NCBI RefSeq assembly: GCF_000485595.1
Contig: NW_014577067.1
Location: 235,563-257,101 of the forward strand
DNA: 21,539 bases
Reading direction: 5' to 3'
Source of the DNA: Priapulus caudatus
Taxonomy: Eukaryota
Below are positions 1-8,830 of the stretch, piece after piece. The position numbers and the translations under genes are program-made. Position 1 is the stretch's first letter; each line of letters begins with the position of its first letter. The notes below the pieces were generated by a model. It saw only the letters and a list, made by a program, of their open reading frames with translations. It searched no databases and was not told where the DNA came from.

Positions 1-272
1 TGTGTGTGTATACACGCTTGCATTCTGCTGTGACGCGCTGAGTCAGCTGTGTGGTCAGTGCTCACATTGTTTCAGTCTGTCCAGTCCGTCCAGGATGTGC
101 CCGGTGGCAGTCGGTGATTTCCTTGTCCGAATCGGTCGCACCAAACAGCCGTGTTTCTGTTTACCTGACCTTTAGTCAGTCAATCTGCGTTAATATGAGT
201 GGATAATTCCCTAAACCTCTGCCGGACTGTTGTGGAGCGGCCGCCATCAAGGGCGCGCCGTGCGGCGACCGT

Positions 273-300
273 CCGCCCACACAATCCACGGCTATAAATA
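273..300 (+). promoter_or_regulatory. Candidate core promoter: GC box followed by a TATA box in a CpG-rich patch
   Basis: CCGCCC at 273-278 and TATAAATA at 293-300 within GC/CpG-rich sequence. Motif match only; no downstream gene identified. Confidence 0.25.
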
Positions 301-1015
301 TTCATGGCGCGGCCCAGTGTCTGTGTCCATAGATGTGTCACCGTCGATTGCTCTCGGCTGGCTTTATGCCGATGGACACATTATCGCCACTGATCTCCAT
401 AATCCGTCGGGGACAATGGCGGTCAGTGAAACTGACCCGTCACAATGGCGCTGTTGAAATTGGCCGGAGGTGCGCTTGCACGCCAATTCCTCCCCCCTCC
501 CCCCGTCCTCTGTGTTTGCCCACTGCCTCTCTGATCAGATGCGCTCCTCCTTTGACTCGGGTTAACTCACCGTCCGTGGCACGCAGCCGTACGTCCCACA
601 TCAAGCGACACGCCGATGTACGAAAATGCGCGCATGCCATTCGCGGGGAGTCAATATAATGGACGGTCGTTGATATATGCATGGGGACATCAAACGAAGT
701 TTTAATTTGCGCGTGATGCGCGCGGCTTTTAGGTGTTTATATGGCCGGCATAGTGAGATACGTTGGTGAGAGCGTTCACTTGTATTTTCGTGTTTTGTAA
801 GCGCCGCCTTGTGATTTGTGCCGGCGCGTTCGCGTGCGTGTGACAAGGGAATAGTAAAATGTATAACTTTGTACGTGCTATTCGTGTTGCATACAGATTT
901 TGCACGAGTATATAAATGACGGTATACATTTCATGTTCACACTTACGCGGATGCGAAGTGAGCCATTGAATGTAGACCAAATGTTTTTATGAGCAGGATA
1001 TAGTGAGAAAGGTGT

Positions 1016-1100
1016 GGGAGAAGGAGAGGGAAAGAGAGAGAGAGAGAGAGAGAGAGGGAGGGAGGAGGGGGAGCGAGCGAGAGGGGGGAAGAGGGCGAAG
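1016..1100. repeat. Polypurine tract with (GA)n microsatellite
   Basis: Pure (AG)n at about 1033-1056 inside an almost pure purine run. Confidence 0.9.
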
Positions 1101-1441
1101 AGCGTAGCAAGCGTTTTTGCTCAAAGCGCAAAGGCAAACTTCAGAAATATATTGTAACATTAAGCTGCAGTTTCTAATGACATCTGTAAACTGTCAAAAT
1201 GCGTTCACAATCTTAAAGCTTGTTATTCACTATAAGTTTCTCAGCTAACCTATTCATATGGTATTTAGATCAGAATTGCATTGCATGACATTTAAGATGC
1301 AAAAAACATTCAAACACGTTATATACCCTTCACCTAGGTCCTAGAATAACGAAACCATTTAATATCCCTTGTTTACACTTATTAATGGGCGTTTCAAGAA
1401 CAGAATACAACAAAAACTAAACTAAGTAGCTCATATTGACA

Positions 1442-1497
1442 GACGCACGCACATACGCACGCACACACACACACACGCACGCACACACGCACGCACA
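1442..1497. repeat. (GCAC)n/(AC)n compound microsatellite
   Basis: gacgcacgcacatacgcacgcacacacacacacacgcacgcac seen directly. Confidence 0.85.
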
Positions 1498-1580
1498 TCA
1501 CGCATCACGTGTGTTGATGAGCCCAATTCTCGCTACCACGAACATGAATAGCATATGCTTTCTATCGGCACATACGCTGC

Positions 1581-1636
1581 ATATATATATATCAAGAGCT
1601 AATAATACGTATTATTAGCTCTTGATATATATATAT
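1581..1636. repeat. Perfect 56-bp palindrome (28-bp arms, no spacer) with (TA)n outer ends
   Basis: ATATATATATATCAAGAGCTAATAATAC|GTATTATTAGCTCTTGATATATATATAT; the arms are exact reverse complements about the 1608/1609 axis. Confidence 0.95.
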
Positions 1637-1808
1637 AATAATATCAAGTAACATTTATGATCGATACACGTGTGGGGGGAATGCTGGTGCAATAATATGT
1701 AAATGACGTGCAATTTACCTGGATTAAAAAAGGCCACATGAACGTTAAATGTCCTGTTAAATCATTTTTATCAAAAACAAAATGTTAATGATAGTTCTCT
1801 TCAATCTA

Positions 1809-1855
1809 ATCAGGGGTAGATAATGACAAATTATTTGTCATTATCTACCCCTGAT
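1809..1855. repeat. Perfect inverted repeat, 23-bp arms with 1-nt spacer; possible collapsed MITE (CAGGGG...CCCCTG ends)
   Basis: ATCAGGGGTAGATAATGACAAAT-T-ATTTGTCATTATCTACCCCTGAT; arms are exact reverse complements. Transposon origin is inference. Confidence 0.95.
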
Positions 1856-1931
1856 ATAATCTAACTATGTTTGTATTTCCTATTCGCCCATGTGTACAAA
1901 GTGGTGATTTCTGGAACATTTAAAAATAATG

Positions 1932-1958
1932 TGTTTGCTTTTGTTTTTCTAGGTGAGT
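1932..1958 (+). other. Candidate recursive splice site: 3' splice site directly abutting a 5' splice site
   Basis: TGTTTGCTTTTGTTTTTCT AG(1951-1952)|GTGAGT(1953-1958); no other AG in the ~50 nt upstream (previous AG at 1900-1901). Confidence 0.4.
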
Positions 1959-2460
1959 GAATTCCCCATTTCGATTTCGTCAGTGGTAAGATAGGCAATT
2001 TAAGCTCCTTTTTAGGTATTTTAAGGCAATAATTTAACCGTAGCCTATAACTATTTAAAGGAAGGGCTGGTGAGCGCAGTAACCGCAAATGTTATCCGTA
2101 ATACAAATTGTTTATAAAGTGTAGCCTATTTGGCAATTTAACCCTCCGCACATCTTTCAGTGCGATGCTTATTGATGGGGGTGTATATACGTGGAAGGGA
2201 AGGTGTGTCCGTGTGTTCTCGTCACTGGCTCGCCACGTTTCGCTGAAGCCATTCGTAAGCGTGAAGAGGCGGGCTGAATGCCTTCACCCTCGCCAAAAAA
2301 TCCTCCTAAAAATACCTAGCCGTGTGCACAACGATGGATAAGTTAATTTTAAGGAAGCGTCTGCCGACTCGATCGCCTGCGCACGCGTGCCCGCTAGTGG
2401 TATTCTATTATAGTAGGTCTCGCGTACTTGGTGTAACATACGTGAAGCTGTGAAAGGTCC

Positions 2461-2475
2461 TCCTCCCCTCCCCCA

Positions 2476-2515
<40 letters not shown>

Positions 2516-2574
2516 CTTATCTCCCCCTTCCTCTCACGCTCTTTCATTCGTACCCTACTCTACATTCTCTCTCT

Positions 2575-2637
<63 letters not shown>

Positions 2638-2800
2638 TTCCCCCTTCCTCTCTCTTTATTTCCCACTCTCTCGCGCTCTCTCTCTCTCTCTTTCCCTCCT
2701 CTATCTCTCTCTTTCTTTTTCCCCCTCCTCTATCGCTCTCTCTCTCTCTTTCTCTTCCCCCCTTCCTCTCCCGTTATCTCTCCCCCTCTCTCGCTCTCGA
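2461..2800. repeat. Compound (CT)n polypyrimidine tract
   Basis: Long (CT)n runs with short interruptions. Confidence 0.95.
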
Positions 2801-2841
2801 TGGTAAAACTCGGTAAGCCGGGTTGTAGTCGTGCGCGCCTC

Positions 2842-2866
2842 GCACGGCACGGCACGGCACGGCACG
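2842..2866. repeat. (GCACG)5 pentanucleotide repeat
   Basis: gcacggcacggcacggcacggcacg seen directly. Confidence 0.9.
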
Positions 2867-3161
2867 CGCGGGCGCGGCAGCACTCACGGCAGCGACGTCG
2901 TCCACCCACCCCCCGCTGCGCCGACGCCCGCCACCAAACTATCGAGCTTTTACGAAAATGACCGCGCGACGGGGGGTCAAGCTCGGCATGGCTGGAGCGG
3001 CGGGCACTAGTCCCTCGGACAGCAAATTGAATTAGGGCGCGGACTTGGCGGAGTGTTTGGCGGCGGTGTGAACAGCCGCTTGTTAGCGAGCGGGGCTGCT
3101 GCTGATCACCAACATGGGAGGATGATGCTGAGCCGCGGGAGAGAGCGGCAGCAGCAGCGGG

Positions 3162-3596
<435 letters not shown>

Positions 3597-3607
3597 GGCC
3601 GCGCGCG

Positions 3608-3737
3608 CACCACCACCACTACAACCAACAACAACAACAACACCAACATTACCACCACCACCACCACCACTAGCCGCAGCAGCAACAACAACATCAACAT
3701 CACCATCACCATCACCACCACCACCACTAGCAGCAGC

Positions 3738-3783
<46 letters not shown>

Positions 3784-3810
3784 CAGCAGCAGCAGTAGCA
3801 GCAGTAGCAG
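3608..3810. repeat. Compound trinucleotide repeat (ACC)n/(AAC)n/(AGC)n
   Basis: Alternating ACC, AAC and AGC runs, with the block accaccaccaccactagc repeated. Confidence 0.9.
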
Positions 3811-4143
3811 GAGGAGGGGGAAGGGGAGCGCGTCCACATGTGGTCAGAGTGTGGTCACATGTGGTCTCTGTGCCGCCATGGCTATTCCTAGTGCGCCGGA
3901 TGCGAAAAATTTACCGACTCGCTGTTTTAAAATTTTGACATTTGTAGTTGTTTGCGGCTATTACGGCCACGTGGTAGCCATTGCGTGAAAGGTGGCCTGG
4001 CTTGGCGCGTGCCTCGTGGCCATTATCATGCGACGCTGCGTCGGTAATTTGTCTAGCCAGACTGGCCCTAATTCAAAGTCGGCCGTGAGATCTAAATAAC
4101 AAGCGCACATGTGCATGTTGAATCTCAATTATTTGATCACCTG

Positions 4144-4217
<74 letters not shown>

Positions 4218-4381
4218 GCTGTCTGTCTGTCCATCTGTTTGTCTGTCTGTCCGTCCATCCGTCTGTCCGTTTCCCGCCCGTAGGGCCTACGTCTCTATGT
4301 GCGTCCGTGTCTGTCTATCCGTCCGTATCTTTGTCTGTCCGTCTGTCTGTCCGTGTGTCTGTCTGGCTGTCTGTCTGTCCA

Positions 4382-4417
<36 letters not shown>

Positions 4418-4604
4418 GCTGGCTGGCTGTCTGCCTGTCTGTCTGGCTGACTGGCTGGCTGTCTGACTGTCTCCCTGGCTGTCCGTCTGTTTTTCCGCCC
4501 GTAGGGCCTACGTCTATATGCGTGCGTCCGTGTCTGTCTATCCGTCCGTATCTTTGTATGTCCGTCTGTCTGTCCGTGTATCTGTCCGTCTGTTTGTCTG
4601 TCTG
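4144..4604. repeat. (GTCT/GTCC)n tetranucleotide array with an internal ~221-bp-offset duplication
   Basis: Pure (GTCT)n at about 4146-4216; the unique block ccgcccgtagggcctacgtct...gtgtctgtctatccgtccgtatctttgt occurs at ~4274 and ~4495. Confidence 0.9.
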
Positions 4605-5994
4605 CGAATCGCCTGCACATATGACATTATTCTGCGTTCTTTTCTAATGCCCTTGCGAGTCAGTTTGTACGGTTTCTAACTGTTTCGAGATCATTTGTTT
4701 GTAGTAATCGGAAGGACCCTTGTGCCCTGCTGTTAGGTTTACCATTCTCGTCTTACTGCAGCTTCTTGCACCCTATCCCGTGAAAGTGACCGTTGGATTC
4801 AGACAATCATGCGAATGCGCGCGTTAGTGCCACACATACCTAATTGCCAACACGCCGCTGTTTGGTCCGGTCCGCAAAGTTTGCGCGCGTTTCCTTGATT
4901 GCGCGGACGAGGGTTTATTTGAGCCTTTCCGATGCAAACATATCACAGTTGTGATAGGGCACGGGTCCGCAGTGCAGAAAGAGCAGGAAGGGGTTTACTG
5001 CCTCGGGGTAGGGACTTTATTGAAGACACGCGGTTTATTGGTGAGCCTGGGCGAAGGATGGTGTTTGCATGTGGCCAATATGCCGACATGGGCATCACGC
5101 TAATTATGCCGGCACATGTGGCGGAGATGTACAGGGATGTGTGGGCGCGTTGTCATCATCGGTGTGGCTGACCAGTTGTGGAGGAAAACGTCCGCATACG
5201 CCGAGGTCCGGAACTGAGGGCCTGCCTCTTCTTAGAGTGAAACTGTTTCCCTTGTGAAGCCACAGTCGAATCTGTAAAGGTTTCTCTTTAATCCACAGTG
5301 AGCCCTCTCAGAGTAAGAAAATATGAAGGAAATCACCAATATTAATCCCGGATATTAATCCGTTATAGACAGGTGACCGTTCTGTATAGTTGTTTTTTTG
5401 CGATATAATAGCTACTCGAGAAAATTGTGGGTGGTGCCCCCTTATGAACGTGTGATCTTTCTGTAGAGATGTCCTCTAACATAGGTGTAACTGCGTATAG
5501 GTAATGTAAAAGTAAAAGAAATGGTTTTGTAAAAGAAGTAGTTTTGCGCTATGAAAACGAAGGGCAGGTCAATTCTGAGCGCTTCGTGCGGATGTTTCCG
5601 TCCCTAGTCAATAACTGCGATGCACAAGGTGCAAAGAATAACTATAATATCATAACACGCAAGTGAGCATGTTACATTAGCGAGACAAATAGACGTGTAC
5701 TCTGTGGTGATGGGCCAGATGACTGCGTTATGTGCCACGCACGCAGGGTCGACGGCCAATAAGTCACATGTGGCGACAAGCCACCAGGCCACTAGCCGCT
5801 CCTCCAGCCGCGGGGCATGACATGGGTCTCTAATTGCAGTAATTGCAGTGGAGAGGGTTAAAATTAACAGCTTCATCGACGTTCCATTAGCCGGGGATTG
5901 TGTGGGATAACGCAGCTTCCTGCTTGAGTGCTGCAAACAGTTGTAATGGTCATCGGTGCCGGGGGGGACGGATGGACGCACGTGGGAAGTCACA

Positions 5995-6317
5995 TGCAGG
6001 CACGGAGACAGGCAAGCAGGCAGGCAGGCTGGTAGGCAGGCGGGCCGGGCGAGTCGGGAGAGAAGGCAAGCAGTTAGGCAGGCAGACAGCGAGGTAGGCG
6101 GTTGAACAGATAGGCATGCCGGCAAGCAGACAGCCAAGCAGGCAAGCAGGCAAGTAGGTTGGGGGGTAGGCATCCGGGCAGACAACCAGGCAGGCAAGCA
6201 GGCAGGTAGGTTGGGGGTAGGCATCCGGGCAAGTAGGTTGGCAGGCAGGCAGGCGGGTAGGAGGTAGGCAATCAAACAGGCAGGTAGGCAGACGCACAAG
6301 CAGGAAGGCAGGTAGGT
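5995..6317. repeat. Degenerate (GGCA/GGTA)n array with a duplicated ~27-nt block
   Basis: GGCA-rich tract; gtaggttggg(g)ggtaggcatccgggca at 6154-6180 and 6206-6231. Confidence 0.85.
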
Positions 6318-7114
6318 AATTATGAAGTGAACTTCCAAGGAGCTTGACAGACAGGCAGTAGTTTGCGCCCACACCACGCAGCGATTACACCGATTTACAC
6401 GGAACCTGCTGGCGCAAATGAAACGCTACAGATCCCCGGATCTTCGAATTCGCTGCGAGTCTCTGAAGGATTCAGTTTTGTCAGCGATCTGATCTCTTCT
6501 GCACCCCCGTGCGCGCGCGAGTGTCTCTGTGCTCTCTCGCATTCCTGCATCTCTCCACACCGGGCGTGCATCCTGTGATCGTTATGATCATCGACGTACG
6601 GGTGGCCGCGTCTGTGTTACGCACACGCCTTGTGATTATAGGTTGTCGCGAGACGCGTCTTAGCTCGGTAACGAGTGTGGTACCGTGCCGTGGAATGTGT
6701 TAACGTGCGGGAGAGGCCCTCGCTGCTCTTCCCGCCGGCAGCTTAGCGGCGATAAACAACTCGTATAAAGCGAGAGAAAGAGCTTCGCCGGCGATGTAAT
6801 ATACCGAAAAATGCGCTAACTGGCAAGAAAAGCCGAAGTCTAGTGCGCAAAGATGGGTGGGGAAAGTAAACAGTGGCATTTGGTTCTCATCATTCTCCTT
6901 ATATTTGCTTGGCGTTGGCGAGGATCCGTTGGCGATTCGCCCCGTCTGCCTCCATAACCAAGGGACTGTCTACTTACTTCTAATATGTCCCCGCGCGGAT
7001 ACTGAATTTGGACGTAGGATAGCGGTGCTTTCAGCTAGAGAGGTTATAATGTCTAATTTCCTCTCTCACTTCTAATTTCCTCTACTCGTGATGCGCATTG
7101 TCAGTTTCATCTAC

Positions 7115-7170
7115 AAAATGGCGATTGGGCGCGGAGGTGACGTCACAATGTGATGTCAGTGGGAAACCAC
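7115..7170. promoter_or_regulatory. Dense TF-motif cluster (YY1-like, CCAAT, CRE, Su(H)/RBPJ, RUNX-like)
   Basis: AAAATGGCG 7115-7123, ATTGG 7124-7128, GTGACGTCAC 7137-7146, GTGGGAA 7159-7165, AACCAC 7165-7170. Motif matches only. Confidence 0.35.
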
Positions 7171-8539
7171 TATAGGCTGCAGTAATGTTGTATTCAAAAC
7201 GGTTGAGCTTCATTGTAAAAGCGTATCTAAACAAGTCTTTGTCACTTATATATACTTTGGGCGTCTTTCGGTGTGGGTCGTCACCGGGAAGACTACAATT
7301 GTGCAGTGGGCAGATCTGCGTTTCAATAGCGAAGAGACAATGAGTTTTCATTAGTTGGAAGATATATTGATATAATATCTGTCAAGGCATTATGCACCAA
7401 AACGTAACACCTCGGCGTAGCTACAGTATCCAGGCTACGCGTATAGAGGCGTACGTCAAACCCTGCTACACAGCAACGCGCCATATATTTCATTCGCGTG
7501 CCAGTTCCATAATATGCCATGGATGACAATTAACCTAAATTTCCTCTCGTACTAGCCGTTGTTCATTTAGCTTAGCTTTCACCACTGTGCAGTTTTGCTC
7601 TAAATATGCACGCGTAGTTTCATCTTAGAAGAATTGTTTGCCAGCGCAAATGGTTTAGACCCACCACGTAGTTACTTACTCCGGTTTACTGAGGAAGAAA
7701 CGTAGCTTCCGAGAGTTTTCGACAGAAAAGTTTTTCTTTTTTAAGATATCATACACATTATTCATTATATCAAGCGTGATCATGAACTGTTCAAATGAAA
7801 ATGTTCGAAATCAGGACTGTCTGGGTTTCCAGACTTATTTTCAGACTACGTGTTTGTGAATATTGTACTATTAAACCCCGCGGAAGAATTTGCGCTCTTT
7901 TGACGATAATGTTAGAGGTTCGGAAAAACAAGCTAGAGTTTTATTTTTCGGGCGTTTAACTATAATTATTTGCGTTGAACGGCATGCAAGGAGTATTATC
8001 GTTTTGCCGATTCAGACACAGCCAAGGGGTTGCTTCTCTTCTATATAATAACTTGCCCGCACGATGACAGCGTTGAAGTGTGATTTGACTTAAAACGTAG
8101 CAATTTTGTATCGCCCGATGGTCCCGTATTATTTGCACGACCTCAGGCGGTAGAATATCGACACAATAGTAATGGCGGTGGTGGGGTGAAGAAATGAAAG
8201 TGCACACTCAAATCGCATCAAACCCAGATTAGCGAAACGGTGAGGAAGAATGGTACGGCAGTATCTATACGAAGGTTGTCTAGCAAAGTGTGTACGTGCG
8301 CAGGTGTGATGTTATTTTCGGCTGCAGCGGGTTATTCGCTCTTGACACGACCTGTCAAGACGATTCCTGCACGCCGGCTTTTAACTCTCCTGCATGCAGT
8401 GGATGATTGCGCGCGCATATTTTTCGATAGCATCGGCGGCAGGCTGCCGGACGAAGACTACCCGAATGTTTTGTTCGCGGCTGTTGCTCTTCTTTTGTGC
8501 GGCGTCGTGTTCTTTATGAATGGAATGATATAGTTGCGA

Positions 8540-8830
8540 TCGCCCACGGGCGCGGCGGCCGCGTATTGTAATTCCGTGCGTCGGCAGTGACGGCATCGGC
8601 GTCGGCGGCGTCGGCGGTGACGGCAGCTCGCGTAACAGAGAGAGCGCGCTGTCGTGATTTCACAGCGGGCGGACCCTATAAAGCGCATATATGGCCGCCG
8701 CTCGGACGTCCTATCGCGCACCCGTGACGGAATGTCGATGAGTCATCATCGCTCAAACTTCACGCGCGCGTATTTATCAACGTTTGCAAATGCAAATGGG
8801 CGCACACTTATGATCTCGGTCGTAATATTT
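8540..8830. promoter_or_regulatory. CpG-rich promoter/enhancer-like patch
   Basis: Very CpG-dense; GGGCGG 8667-8672, TATAAAG 8677-8683, CArG-like GCATATATGG 8685-8694, AP-1 ATGAGTCAT 8738-8746, octamer ATGCAAAT 8790-8797. Confidence 0.35.

Noticed and set aside
1955..1995. Minus-strand CTGACGA-AATC-GAAA resembling a minimal hammerhead ribozyme core
   Set aside because: No closing pair for stem II (A/C) and no stem I complementarity.
4073..6377. ORFs with CLSV, TDRQ or CLPA repeats (up to 257 aa)
   Set aside because: They derive from (GTCT)n and (GGCA)n arrays, which lack stop codons by composition.
8240..8533. 97-aa ORF with a hydrophobic C-terminus
   Set aside because: Begins at GTG rather than ATG, resembles no family I recognise, and has no supporting exon structure.
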